Assembly (NCBI GenBank): GCA_977030845.1
Contig: OZ365116.1
Span: 18,600,001 to 18,664,000, forward strand
Source of the DNA: Fimbriosthenelais zetlandica
Taxonomy: Eukaryota
DNA: 64,000 nucleotides
Direction of reading: 5' to 3'
The notes beneath the pieces were generated by a model. That model saw only the letters and a list, made by a program, of their open reading frames with translations. It did no database searches and had not been told where the DNA came from. Shown here piece after piece: positions 1 through 14,582 of this stretch. Made by a program: the position numbers and the translations under genes. The first letter of the stretch is position 1, and every line of letters begins with the position of its first letter.

Positions 1-23
1 TTTGTGAGGGATGTATTGCTTAC

Positions 24-140
24 CGTTAGGACTGTGACCGTTGAATATATTTAGAATGTTCACCATGTATCCAGGTGGACACCGTGCCTCCAGCACTTTG
101 TCCGCGGATGAGAAACATGCACTCAGGGTTATGTCATCTT
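24..140 (-). CDS. G9: N-terminal half of a SUEL domain; gene continues off the left edge
   Basis: ctcatttcag acceptor and G|gtaagc donor flank 117 nt, phase 1 to 1: EDDITLSACFSSADKVLEARCPPGYMVNILNIFNGHSPNG. This matches the family pattern C[FYW]..CxxG..I..xFxG. Confidence 0.8.
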
Positions 141-3100
141 CTGAAATGAGAAAATCATTTAAAATGTAAAAATTTGTGTCAGATCCTGTGTCAGATAGTG
201 GCTCATCTCATGGCTATTTTAATTGTCATGCCCTCTAGTGTATTGAAGTGAAACCCACTCCTCTAACATAATTATGACCTCCCTTTTTAGCTGATATTAT
301 AATTATTTTCTATCCATTTTCCCTCATTTCCCTCCCCATGTCCTGGGGATCGCTATTTGGCCAATTTTTGGTCGAGGGGGAATTCATTACTGGCCCTTCC
401 CCATCCAGGGCAGCTGCTGCATGTTCCCAGGCCAGCAATATCAATATTTCACATCTTTCCCCTCCCTAATGATGATTGTATTCATTTTCTTTTTATTCCA
501 CCTTTGGACTTTCTCAGATAGCCCTTGAGTACATTAGGCAGGCTATGCCGGGGGTAATCCAGAAAAAGATAGATTACAGACCTATATGTTTACTCTATAG
601 ATGACATAGTGCCCTTAGTAGTTGCATAGTAGTCAGTCTTGGGTCCCATTTTACCCATAGAGGATATTAAGTAGCTGTACTTTAGTCTACTATCTGGGTC
701 CCACTATACCCTTGCTTCTATCTAAGCCGTGGGAATTAGGCCTTGTGATGACTTTACGCTACTATTTATCCTGGGAATTATGACAGTTCCTGAGCCGATA
801 ATGGCAAATAGAATGCTGGTGCATGATTAAAAATGCTCGAGGGTTTATATTGGAGTCTCATCTTAGCTCCAGTACAGTTCATTGACAATTTAATTGCTTC
901 ATCGTCAATGTTTCTCTGTTAACGAAATTTCCAACCTGATCTCATTGTGAGGACTGTTAGTCGTGGCTGGCAGTATTCTGAGTTTGTCTGTGAGGTTAGT
1001 TTGGGGGTAATTGGCCATGGCTGAGTGATAGACTATGGCAGGCCTGGCACGTGACATGCACGCGCACCACGCGCCATACAACCACTCTCTGCTCACCACC
1101 AAAACATGGTCTAACCAAAAAATGAGAGTTTGTCAATTGTTAATTCTAACACATATTGTGAAAAGTGTGCCATATTAGTTAATCTGGGTGAAAGTGGGGT
1201 TTGAGTGACACTTGAGTGTTTGTAGAAAGATGAAGTGGGGAATGAAATGATGGATGGTGGGAGGGCTATGACCTGTTTACCTACAGGCCAGGTTTTGGGT
1301 TGTTTGGGGGTTGGGTTTGGCAGATGTTGGGTTCACAGGGCTTTTAATATCCTGCTTCTACCATATACCACCTTCACAGTTTATTATGTGTAAAGGGGTA
1401 TAAGAGGTCATGGGTGAAAAAACCGTATCTATATAAAATTATTAGGGTGTGATCGATTTTTTGATAAATATTGCCTTTCTGTATTAATAAGTGGGAGGCT
1501 ACTCAGTGACCGTAAAATAAGCGGGTGAATTTTTCTCTGAATTATGTTTCGTTCTTACTGCACGGTTTACAGTACATGACATTGGGTAGAGCAGAAGGAA
1601 AGGTGAAACTAGGAAAAGAACATTACACATCCATGTCTAAAAAAGTTTGAAAAAACTGACTTGGCAAATAATGAATGAGTGTGGTTGGATAACGAGCCAA
1701 GATTAGAGAGGAAACCCTGGGACAAAAATAGGCCTTCCCTGGTTTTATCCTGGCTGTGGATTAATGACATCATGTTTAATTGATGCTCATTATTACATAA
1801 TACCGAGGTTTTACATGCCGCCCTCAAATTGTTCCAATGAGAAGACTCTGGTCTCATATTTTAATAAGAAACGTCCAGGAAATGTAGGATTTTGTTAATG
1901 ACCATTCTGTACTCATTAACCTGTATTTTATCAGCGTTTGAGGAGGAAATCAGTTATACCGGGTCTCATTTTAAAACAAAAGCAATTTAGTTTAGCCTGG
2001 GCTGGGAGTGTTATCTGTATAGAGACGCCTTTGTTAGGTCTACTTTATCATGTATGTATACAGTGAGAGTCATTACCACATAGAACATGAAGATGTGAGG
2101 AACTCTAACATGTACCGCCACCCACCCGTGCACTGTGAGCCCTACCCACCATTGACGCCCATGATAAACTGTACCTCGGCATCACACAGGTCTGTTAAGG
2201 GTGGATGCATCTATTATACCATTGTTTACCGTTATGTTACAAGTATCAATCTACTCGCCCCCTCATTGCATGATTCAATGTCATCAGTATTTTTTAGTCT
2301 TTCATCATTTTGTCATATGTCTAGCTAAGACTTTTTAGACTCGCATAGCGTTCCCTCCCATTATGAAACCCTTTCACCAGTTTACATGATGGCTCATCTT
2401 TACAATAATAACCTATACTAAACCCCGCCATAACTCCCCTACTAGTCTGTTATGATGAAAACTCACTTCTCATAACTCATAACCTGTCCAAACACCCTTC
2501 ACCCACTGGCCTGTCTGTTATCATATCAGTTGCCCAAATCGTATTGATTGTGAGCTTTGATCTTAAATGAAAGGAAAAAAGTCTAATCAAGATAAATAGC
2601 ACTTATGTGTAAAATACTCGTTGCAAGCAGTGCATTTTAGTGCAACCAGTGTATTTTCAAATTTTATTGGACATTATGTTTGAGAAGAGGAACAGCCGAG
2701 GGCGTGCCGAGCCTGGGAGACAGCTAAAACCACTTTCTTTACTATAGGCGTCGGTTATAATGCCTATCAATTAGAGCAAATTAATATGTCAACTTAATTC
2801 AACAAAGCTGAATGCTTCCACTCAGCCTCAGGTGCAGCTTTTGTGCTTGTTCTTGATAGGCCAGAGGCTTTGTCTCATGTTACATTATCATGTGTTTAAA
2901 AGTTTTGTTCGCGGCGATTTGATTCTCTCACAGACATGGCACCACAGCATAATGTTATTCTATCTAGTCATGTATTGGAAACCAGGCTCTTGTGCAAGAA
3001 AATACGGTAGTTGTCCTTTATATCTGTCCACGCAGATCAATAAAAAGACCAATATGGCACTGGACCTGGTGCACAGATCAATACACACCTATAGATTGGC

Positions 3101-4611
3101 CGTCCTATTATATATTTACCTGCCTAAAGGACCACTGACAGCACCAGTCACTGTGCTTTCACTGCCAAGGCTGAAACTCAATGCCATCTGTCTTCCAGCA
3201 AATACATATATTTACGACTTTTTTAAAGCTTGAATAGTACCATTCAGAACAGTGCCAGGTATAAATGGTCTCTTTTCTCTCAAAACTTGTGTTCGGGTAT
3301 GTTTTTTTCTGGTTTGACCTCTAGGGCAGGTCTACATATTTAATTCCTTTAGACATTTTTCGGTTCCTCATTGAGTTGGAGATCAGTCAGTGTGGGACTG
3401 AAATTTCACAGCTTTAACTGACTGGTTTAACTGACTGGTTTGTAAGTTGTGAGTTCATACATTGGGCTGTAAATGACTGATTGATTATACATTCATCACT
3501 GATTATATCTACCGACAATGTTTACTGAGACTCCTATAATAAACGTACATATATCCTGGTCTTTGTGAGCATTGAATTCTACATGTAGTAAACTTAGTGA
3601 CTATAGGCAGGCTCGGACATGACTCACTGACTGGTGCGACTGGTGCTCATTAAGATAAGTTACACTTAATACACCTCCTCATACTGCCTTAATAATCACA
3701 CCCACATCCTGTAATGAGTCCATGTCATAATAGATGACACATGTATCATAGATATATGTCACTAATATTGGCTAATTTGTTAGTACTAATAGCTTTGGCT
3801 AAATTATTTTCACAACGAAAGTACTGACTATATTATGTAATGTCTCCTCAGTTTTGCCTCGTTTTTGCATTTGGTAAGAGTTAATGCTTACCCTAGTAAC
3901 ATGTTTCCGTCCAGTCATCATTTCGGCCATTGTACATGTTACTTTACCCCTCTAACCCAACACAAGAGGTCAGAAGGTTCTGGAAATGACCATAGGTGTT
4001 GGTACAACCTTAAAACCTCAACGATCCAACCCCAACTCCCTCACCAAGGATCAGACAGAGAGAACAGCTGAGTGACTGGCCTGTGGAGGAGAGGGAGGGC
4101 CCGTGTAGTGATTAGTAAGGTTTATATGCACTATTTGCTGAGCACCTGAGGGCAGGAGGGCTGGCATTTGAGCTGCTCAGACAGTGGTGCCCCTTGTAAA
4201 ATGCCAGGGGTGAGTTGCTCCTGGCACGATGCTTGGAGCAGGTCTTACATACAGGGTCTTGTCTTGTGGCCCTGAGATTCTAATGGCTCCACGAGTGGCA
4301 GTTCTACCGGATGTAATGTAGAGTTTATATACAGAAACAACCCCCAGGTCTTAGAGATGTGAATGGATCTAAACTCACATCTTCCCTATGTCTACATTCC
4401 ACACCTCTCCTCCCCTTTGTGACATGCTTTATGCTGGAAGCTGCATTTGTCAATCACCTAAAACCCAAGCGTGGGAATCTCAATTCAGAGCCGGTACACT
4501 TTATCAGCTGAAATGTTTCAACCTTGGTGTTTTAGAACTCAGTATTCAGTCAATGCAATGAACTCGCACATAGAAAAAAAGCGCTGAAGTCCTATTGTTG
4601 CATATTCTATT

Positions 4612-4630
4612 GTTGCCCAGGCAACTTCCG
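4612..4630. promoter_or_regulatory. X-box overlapping an ETS core in the putative G9 intron
   Basis: GTTGCCCAGGCAAC at 4612-4625 overlaps ACTTCCG at 4624-4630. Confidence 0.45.
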
Positions 4631-6449
4631 CAGATCTCAAATAACTTCTGACTAAATGATTAATAATTTTGTCACTTGATTGGGACGGGCTTTTATAATT
4701 TGTATTTGGCAGATAGTAAAATCACAGAGCGTGTAGAGAATTTCAATTTACTGACGCGAATACAATGAAATATTCTACTCACTCACACGCGGAAGAGATA
4801 TTTTTTTTTTTAAATAATTACTTTCCCCATTGATGCGTGACATGAATTGTTACCTTACTGTTACCCATTCATCAGATGGCAGGTGGAACCAGCAGTTCTA
4901 CTATCATTCATCTATTTAATATATTTTGGATTATAGATGAAAGGCTATGTTAATATCATCGATGCCAGAAATGATGAGTGTGAAGCATTGGTGGTTCATG
5001 TGAGGTTAACAGTGAATCAATGACCACAGGTAGAGTGAAGGCCTCTCTAACCTACCCCTGATTGTTCTAACACAACTCTACCCGCCCATTCTACATGGAA
5101 CCATGCTGTTTACTCTGCTTCCTTCTACCCAAGCTTTCATCAGCTCTTCCTTTAATCATTTAACCCTTTCTCTGTACACAAACTCTTGCTTAACGTGTAC
5201 TTAACTTGGATTAAAAATATGATTCCCTTTGCCCGTGCTCTAGTGGATTGCCAATGGGGTGGTTGAAGCCTTGGGGTGTATCAAGGATAGACCTCTAGGT
5301 AAGGCTGTTTTTAAGGCCAGCATTACATCACGTTGTGGTATGTATATATCATGGGTTTTTACCCAATCTTACCACTGCTCCAGCCTTCCTCCAGTAGGTG
5401 CAGGTATCTCCACCACTGAGCTAGGCAGGTAGTACTCAGCCGTGTGTTAGAGTACAGATAAGGCAGGTAAAGGTATTACATATATACAGGTTGCTTCTAC
5501 TATAGGAAGCTTACCTTCACCTGGCCACATACTGGAGCTCGCTACTCCCCCATACCCACCATCCAAACCAACGCTTTACTCAACACAAACTTTACAAACC
5601 AAACCAAGCTTATAACCAGCAATGTATGCATAAACAAGTGGTGAACTTTGAGCATTTATACATACCTCAATGACCAATTCCTGGCGGGATAACTTGAGTT
5701 TTACACTCCAGCTAAATGTCAGTAAATAGGGAATACGCACAAGTTCAGGGAATCAAACATTTAAATGCCATCTCAAGATTCATTCCCTCGAGTGACCAGG
5801 GGTAGTCAGTTGTACTCTCTGGATCTTCCCACTTCTTCTCCCGTTTACTGTGCATTTATTTTCCCACAATTTCTTATAGCCCATTTAAATATTCATTGAT
5901 TTAACTTTTTAGAAAATCCAGACAATATTCGTCGAAAAAAGCTGTCGGCACATTTGTATGCGTAGTGCAACTATCAATGTGTGAAGCCTATTGTTATACT
6001 GATGAGATCTGTCCCCACCAAATGTTACATGATCAATGTTTCTCACATTAGTCTGTGCTAAAATAATAATTTAACTATATATCACTTATATAAGATACTA
6101 AAAAAGACAAGTCTATTCTTAATCTACCATTCCGGAACCTTTCAACCAACATTGCTATTTTATGGAACATCTCGCATTATGTGATCCTATTTGGAAGGAT
6201 TTGTTTAAAGTATATACAGGTTTGTAAAAATAATTGTATTGTGCTCCTCCGACCAAGTGTATATTATGGCACGTTAAATAAATTATATTTAATTGGTCCT
6301 CCGCCCAGGCTTCCCAGACCATATGAACCATGCGGTGCACCCGTCTTTGGCACCGATCAATAATTATTTATTGGGTCACAATAATTAATAAATTAAAGCA
6401 GAATTTGTGACAATAGTCTGATGTAACAGTTCTACTGGGCCATGTGTCG

Positions 6450-7377
6450 ACATTACTCTGTTACCCTCAATACACTTACAGATTAGTGTATATCAAATCT
6501 TTTTGAAATGCAAGTTCATTGACTCGCCCACCGAGTTAGACATGTTTTTTGTAATAAGTGGTGCGATCCTCACTGACAGTATTGAGAGTTTTTACTGGTG
6601 AGTTATCGTTTATATAATACATGATAATAGAGAGGAGGCCTGATGGCGGTGAATTATGTATACTATATTATCCAGGCTCAGACACGCCTAGTGTCAATGT
6701 GTTGTTTTATTTGTACCATGTGTCTCCTATACCAGCTGTCCCCCCCCCCCCACCCCCCTCATGACACATGGCACCACAATTATCGTGTATCATCATCTTA
6801 CCATCCATTAATCCCGTACCTCTCATTAATTCCTTATATTACTCAATATATATTCTCACCTCATGTCATTTCACATTAACTCATATAAATACTTGATGAC
6901 TAGATCAGAATAACATTACTCTGTTACCCTCAATACACTTACAGATTAGTGTATATCAAATCTTTTTGAAATGCAAGTTCATTGACTCGCCCACCGAGTT
7001 AGACATGTTTTTTGTAATAAGTGGTGCGATCCTCACTGACAGTATTGAGAGTTTTTACTGGTGAGTTATCGTTTATATAATACATGATAATAGAGAGGAG
7101 GCCTGATGGCGGTGAATTATGTATACTATATTATCCAGGCTCAGACACGCCTAGTGTCAATGTGTTGTTTTATTTGTACCATGTGTCTCCTATACCAGCT
7201 GTCCCCCCCCCCCCCCCACCCCCCTCATGACACATGGCACCACAATTATCGTGTATCATCATCTTACCATCCATTAATCCCGTACCTCTCATTAATTCCT
7301 TATATTACTCAATATATATTCTCACCTCATGTCATTTCACATTAACTCATATAAATACTTGATGACTAGATCTGAAT
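6450..7377 (+). repeat. Near-identical ~463-bp direct tandem duplication
   Basis: Copies at 6450-6912 and 6913-~7377 differ mainly in a poly-C tract (12 vs 15 C) and near the end; the duplicated 78/79-aa ORFs in the track reflect this. Confidence 0.95.
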
Positions 7378-9377
7378 CTCACTATTAAAATGATTTAGCA
7401 TGTAGTCCTACTATCAATATGCCTCGTATCAGTTTTGTGTAAGGTATTGGAGGTAAATATTGTGAATGTAAGCCAGTATAGCAGAGGCAATATTTAGGGA
7501 GACCCCCACGGTGCAAGGAGCAAAAAGAAAGATTAGAAGATCGTTTCAAGCTATTGTAACTTGTGGCCACACTTTACCGCCATACATTGTTTGTGCTCAC
7601 AACTCTGTGAGTACTTCATCCATGGTTTATTTGTGGTTTGAGAGTGGGAAACAATATAGATATGAACAGCTGTATAGTTGTATGCTAACGATCCTATACC
7701 ACTGAGATAAGTGCTGATAACATTCACTCAGATACATTTATGATCTCTTCCTTTGTCTTTGACTAGGTACCGAACAAAGGCACTTGTCTTACTACTTGAA
7801 CTGTTATTGAGGCTTGAATATTTTTATTGCCTCGACCGATGTCAGGTAGATAGCCAATGAACTGTGCGAGTCCCAGGCCTCACTACCTCTTCCCCGTGTT
7901 TCTTCCTATATCTTTTTCCCCCTGTCAACCCCCCTTCCCCTATCCTGTTCTTTTATCTTATCTTATCCCTCACGTAAACTACAACTTACACGTGCCTGTT
8001 ATGAAACAAGAGAAGAAAAAATTGCGTGTAGATGTAGTAGTGTTGGTGGGCTTTTTGAGGCGTGTTTATGTTGCTTCTCGCTTCCATGTCCTGCCGTGGA
8101 TAGCTGTGTGTATTTGGACGGAGGACTATTGTCAATACACCTGAACCCCCGGCCCACGCCCGAGCAGCTCACCGCCGGCGATGAGCGCTCAAACCCCCGA
8201 CAAAAACAGGTTCATTCATCTATCTGATCCCTCTTGTTTTCATCCTTTCTATCTATGTTTGTAGAATAACAGCAAGGGTATCGATCCTAACAATAATAAT
8301 AAAAGTTGTCATAAGGATTCCTAGCTATTACTTTACCACAATGTTCTTTGTCGGATAACCTTCTTCTCCATAAGAGAATGGGTAAATGTGTTGGTACATG
8401 TAATGCCCCCATTAGGCCCTGCTCAATGATGTTTAGCCTAACAACATCCACAATAATATAAATGCATGGGGAAGCAAGTGTTTATGTCTGTGTGTGGCTA
8501 ACCCACTTCACAAACATCCATATTGATAAGTCGTGGTAGCACTTTACTTCCTCTCGCTATATTCGGGGTTCTTGGAACAGTTTTTTTGGATGTGGGATAT
8601 CCCCAGACCTTTGCTTCTATATGTATCAAGGACACTGTGATAGAACAAAACTTGATCTTACATATGACAGCCCCCTCCCTACACCTTGACAATGGGGGTG
8701 AATATACATAATACACACCCATTGGTGATCCATGACCCGCAGGACCAATTACTACAAAAAACTCAGGTGCCTTTATATAGTGTCTTTGAGTACAAGAAAA
8801 AAAGTTTAAGGGGATGAAAAGAAGAGGCAACATTGAGCGATCCATTGATGGGACTTTACAAGTAGAGGTGAATACCCGTGTAGGTAATGTTGACATGTAT
8901 AATGAGGTAAAAGATCACCTTTATACCTCAACCCACTCACCACCAAGTCAACATATCTCTCATCACCTCGCCCACCCTTCCGTCCTTCCTTTTCAAATGT
9001 TTACTTCTTTCTTTTTGGAATTATGTGGGTTCATTGACTGAAGTAAATGGATAGAGTCCTAGCGTCTTTCATTATAGCAATCAATGTATTTGTATTATGA
9101 CTGACTTTGATTGTATACATTTCTATGCTCCCCTCACACTGCTCTATATTCGTCAGGTCTGTGGGGGTAGAATTTGATAAAAGCCGTTAAAGTAATTTAT
9201 ATATCAATATCAGCTGAATACCATCAGGGATGGAAAGGTTATCATTTCTTTCATTACCTCGGTTTGATGTGTTTTTTTGGTCCAGAAAAATTCAGAGCTT
9301 TATTCATAGAAACTACCCCCTTAGGCCTATAGCCAGAGTTAATTTTTCATATATATTTGTTTGTTTTATATACATAC

Positions 9378-9468
9378 CTTTCTCAGGATGCTCCTGCTCC
9401 TCCTTGGCCTGTGTTGTGTGGATGCCAAGTTGTAGTACTAGAACCACCAGAACCACCCTCATCACCAT
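9378..9468 (-). CDS. Signal-peptide exon, probably the first coding exon of G9
   Basis: MVMRVVLVVLVLQLGIHTTQAKEEQEHPEK ends at G|gtatgt, phase 1, like the other family first exons. It joins exon 24-140 in frame (..HPEK-EDDITLSAC). I found no better signal exon between 141 and 9377. Confidence 0.6.
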
Positions 9469-11250
9469 CTCCCCCCATCCCTCATTCCTCCCGCCTGGCA
9501 TTCTCCACCTTCCACAGACCATTGCTTCTACTATAACTGAATTGTACCCCAATAGTAGTAGGCACTGTGTATTGGAGTTGAGGCACAGGAACTGTCAATA
9601 AAAACTTATATGGGTCCAGAGAAAAAAGATCCCGACCCATACAATCTCCACAGGTGAGATATAAAGTCAGTACCCTTCCTCCTACCACCCACCACCCACC
9701 CCAGGGGTTAATCCTTGACACCGAGCCTCAGGTAAATCCAGGTGGCCTTGGATCCCAACCATCCATGCTGCTCTGTGATCTGTTATTACAATGATCTCGC
9801 TGGTGTAGGTGACTAGGTAGATGATATTGTTCTGGTAGGTAAGCAGTTCCAGTCTATTGGTATTTCTGCCTATATGAGCTGAATGTAGAGGTAAGTGAGT
9901 AAGTCAGTGAGTGGTTGCATGTGCATGCGCCAGTAGGATACAAGCGAGTGGCGCCCGCTGACTACAGGCCTGGCTTCTTATACGAGCGTCTGCTCATGGA
10001 CTACTATGATGACTACTCCTCCTAGCCCCCATGCTCCTCAGCGCCACCACTCACTCATTGCTCACATTACTACCATTATCTCTCCACCTTACCCAGTGGT
10101 TGGCACGAGGCTGCCTCCTACATCTGCTGCCATTCATTTATACCACGATAAACCATTGATATTGTATCTCACTGATCATACCTAGTATTGACTTAATGTA
10201 CATGTATCCACAGAAAAAGCATTACATATTCTGTATTATGCTATCAACTGTACTGCTAAATATTGCAGGAAAAAATCATGGTGGAGGGAAGAAGAAATTC
10301 CATGACTTCCCCCCTCAAAAGTGTTTTTCCTTGCAGGGCTTGGCAATTATACAAAAAAACCTAACATTCTGATGCTGCAGGTTTAATTAATAAATTACCA
10401 GCTGCTGACTGACCATCTGCTCATTCTCCATGATGAAGCAGCTGTCCTCAGCTGTTTTCAGATGGCATGGAGCCAGACGCCGGCTCTACCATCGGCTGAG
10501 TCATGTCTTCATTCACCTCTCATTGTTGACTTTTTGATTCATTCATGTATAATGAAGTACTACATCCATGATCTTAATTACCCGTGCCCACCTCCAGACC
10601 ACGAGATGTTTCATTAAACCAGAAAATGAGGCCATGAGTGCCAATTCTTCAGCACAAAATAACTACAATTATTTAATTTTATACTACAGTATTTACTTTA
10701 ACTTAGCGTCAACTTGGAATAATTCCAATTAACTTTATTAATTACAAATCCTTTGAAAGGATTTTCCTCAGATTGGATGGCAGATACGAAGACCCTTTCT
10801 AGAAATCTGAGATCAGAAAGTAGACTCCATGGGGGAATTTAAACTCAAATAAACATGGTTTTCACAGCTGGAGTTGTTTGCCTGTGGGAGTGAGAGGAGG
10901 ATATAAGTTGCATGTAGAGTGAAGTTAGATGGTCTCAGTTGCTATTCTCCAGCCCTCTAATTGATCCATGCCACTGGTGCAGCATTTGTATGTGCGCCAT
11001 TCCCAGCCCAGATCCCTCTCACTCACTGCCCACTCCACCTCCACCAACTAAAAACTTTCATACTAAGTTCATGTTTTCTTTAATATCTTAATTCATCACT
11101 GTAAATTGCTTTAAAATTTGACGACCAAACTTTAAAAGAAAAATATGGAAAGTGCCCCAATAATTCTAAATGAATGTCAGAAATGGGATAAATTAAATCA
11201 ATTCATAGTAAAGAGGATTTGCCTCATCTCATCTATCACTGTCGTTGATA

Positions 11251-11396
11251 TTTGGCGGGAATTTGAAGTTTTGTGGGCATAATAAACATTCTGTCCTCTC
11301 TCACCTGCCTTGCCATGGGCAGCAGACCACTTAGCTGGCCCAACCTTAGACATACAAACCCCCACTCACCCGACCCACACGACAAACCGCGCCAAA
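11251..11396. promoter_or_regulatory. E2F/CHR-like elements
   Basis: TTTGGCGGGAA at 11251-11261 directly followed by TTTGAA at 11262-11267; second E2F-like site TTTGGCGCGG on the minus strand at 11387-11396. Confidence 0.35.
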
Positions 11397-11616
11397 ATAG
11401 AAAATCCCCAGGCATATAATATTATTTCAAATTTAACAGTATCAATTTGTGATTGATTGAAATTATAATTTTGACATTTTATTTCTGAAAGAACTGATTG
11501 AAATATAGTACATGATTTCCATTCATTTTGTGGGTTTCACAGATTCTTTTCTATTAAGATTCTAAGCGTTTACAACTTATTAAAAGTTATCAGTAATGAT
11601 TAGGATGATGACGCTG

Positions 11617-11659
11617 GTGACGTCACTGACACCTGGTCACGTGCCACTCATCACGTGAC
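11617..11659. promoter_or_regulatory. CRE plus two CACGTG E-boxes
   Basis: GTGACGTCAC at 11617-11626, GTCACGTG at 11636-11643, ATCACGTGAC at 11650-11659. Confidence 0.45.
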
Positions 11660-14528
11660 TGGAGGCTCCTGTTTTAGGTAAATCCTGCTATGATTTTTCT
11701 ACACACCTATGTGTGTTAGTGGTGGACACACCTGGGCGCGCCTGGCACTATGTACCAGGTGTGGTGGGTGGCGGGACGCTGAGGCAGATGCCTGGATCCT
11801 CTGCCACTCTATATAGGTATATAGAAAACTCAGCCACTTACATTTCCACCTCTCTACCGCTACCACCTGCCCTCCTCACTCTCCCCAAACAACTTATCAT
11901 CGAGTACTACATACAACAGGCTACTCACAAAAACATGCCAGATAAATACTGACGCGTGGCTCTGTCACATTCCAAAGTAATCACCACTCATATTTCACAG
12001 AGTGCTTGCCATGTATTACTTACTAATAAACACCTAAATCTAAATAAAACAGAATCATGATATTTTGACATATCAACCTTTTATTAATTGGGAAATTCTT
12101 AATCATATTTTCCTATTCGTTTATCTGGATCTTGACTGTTTACCCCTGTCATCCTTTGTTAGCCCCTCAGACTGACTCTCCCCCGTCTAACAGCTGCCCC
12201 CTGGCAAGCTGATCTGTTTTTGGCAGGCTTAGCTCATCCGGCTTTTTTTCTCAACTGTTGGCTACCTTGACTGTGTAAGTCGTTTTAACGTCATTGTTAG
12301 ATATCTGAATGATCGTGAAAGATGAACACCTGCTCTGTCTAAATATGTCTAAAATGACATCAAGTAATCCACATAATGATATTCTTGTTGTAAAACCCCT
12401 AGACATTATATAATATGAGTTTGGGGCCAACAAAATATTGGTTATTTATGATGACCACTCGTGGAACTTGTGCTAAATATACCCCACTGCGAGTTGCTCA
12501 CTTTTGCTGGTTGTTTTGCTCTCTCAAGCCTTCCAGAAGTGAGAGACTTGTGTGTATGTTTTTTTAAAATTCCAGTTTAAGATGAAAGAAATAAGTTAAG
12601 GCAGCACCAGCAGCAGTGGGTAGGAAGGTGGAGGGGTTTTTGAGGGGTAGAGTATGTACCTTTTGGTTGAGTTATGGTATGGAGTTTAGCTGAGTGTCTG
12701 CACCTGTTAGCTCACCACCCTTTACGTACTGCATGCTCACCGCTAGCTATACTCTATGACAACTATCTTTACTATAGCACACTATAAACTTAACTCATTG
12801 AACATACATGTATGTGCACTAAACTGTTTATATATGAAAGCTCAAAGTATAATCTTTGATGAGAACTTATTCCAGGTGTACCTGCACGGACATTTGTCAA
12901 AGAGTTTTAATAATTTGTTCACATCTAGCTATGGATGAAATCACCACTTCCTATACTCTCCTCTCCCTGTCATTTTAAATAAGGAAACTTCTGCCTTGAG
13001 GTCCGCCTACCCTTCACCACCCTGAGGGTGGTAGACCTCGCCCCCTGCCGCCCCCACTGTGATTTTGTGTATTGACGCCTGAAGGTCCGAGCATGCACGG
13101 CACGTGTCAGAACCGGCGTGCCACGTGCCAGGAGCAGACTGATATCAAACCCTTATCAGGTGATAAGATAATTCTAATTTCCTTTTCCTATCATGTCCCC
13201 ATTCATAAGTGACATTTTCTGTCCACATTTATCGTGTTTGGTCCATTAGAAATAATGAATATGGTTCATTTTAATTGAATCATAATTTCTGCCCGAGGAA
13301 ACCGCCGAACTCCAACCAACACCAGGACGCCTGAGGTCAGAATTACATGTATCATTCACTCCAATAAGTCATACATTAGAGTAAAATGCTCTAAGATCAT
13401 ACCTTTCCTCTTTATTAACCATCTTTTGAAGATTGTTATCATTTAGGCTTATTAATTGCAAATGAATGAACTAACGAGTTTCTTTGTTTACTATTTCATG
13501 TGCTGTCCTCTTCATCACATTCAGGTAAGAGAACAATTCCATGTATCCAATTTACAATTAAAATCTGTTTAAAAACTGACCTCTATACATGCCTGGAGGT
13601 GATATGATGAATTTAATGAATATTAAGGTAGAAAGGTAAGGATGAGTGGTTCATATTAATATTATAAATGTCATGTTTGTAATAATTCATGTAACTGCCG
13701 ATCGCGGGAGCCTGAGGTGTTAACGCGCATGGCGCGTGCCATTTTAAGCCAGCGGCCAAACAGACACAAGTAAAATGTTGACATAAAGTTTATTTTACAC
13801 CAGGTGCAGGTTTGAGGAGGGGGGCTTCCTCAAACCGGGGGCGGTGAATGGTGGGGCAGTGCTCACACCACGCACCTGCATCTTATAAAGAGTAAATAAA
13901 CGAGTGAAGGAATGTAAGTGTGGATAACAAGATAGCATTTTAAATTACTTGTTTATCTCTGCTCTAAAAATGCTGAAAGTACATGTTGAGTGTTGTATAG
14001 TGGTTCTGTTTATTTTCTGGGAAGGACAAACAAGATTGAAACCACTTTTTGCCGTGAAATTTTACTTTGATTTGGTTAAAATCTCTTGCATATGATGAAA
14101 GTTCAGGGGGTGTGAAGAAACTGAATAATTTCAATTGCACTTCATGAACCTATGTTCCCATAAACAGTTCATATTTGCCTCTGAGTTTAAATCAATATAA
14201 ATATATTTCGTTATTGAAATACAAGTGGCCTCTCCCCCAATCTTGAAGGATCTATATTATGGCTTTCACATGAGAGTGTACCGGGAGGATGTGAAGGATT
14301 TGTGAGTTGGGTGGCCATGTTTAGGAAGTGGTTTAGAGAATGCAAACATATGTTTGATAAACATAAACTCATGCTGTGTCATAGGGTGCATATACATTCA
14401 CTTTCAAACATGAATTCCATATAGCCTCAAATGTTGAATCATACTGATCTACCAACCTTTTTTCCATTGTTTAATTTTAAACGAGTACACATTCAGATCG
14501 ATTCCTAATAGATAAATATTTGTATTCA

Positions 14529-14582
14529 AGTTAAATTATCTTCCCCTGAAAAATCTAGTTAAATTATCTTCTCCTGAAAAAT
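14529..14582 (+). repeat. 28-bp unit x2
   Basis: agttaaattatcttc(c/t)cctgaaaaat is repeated at 14529 and 14557. Confidence 0.85.

Noticed and set aside
13803-13882. Possible tRNA gene
   Set aside because: No D-loop or TPsiC-loop consensus and no cloverleaf geometry.
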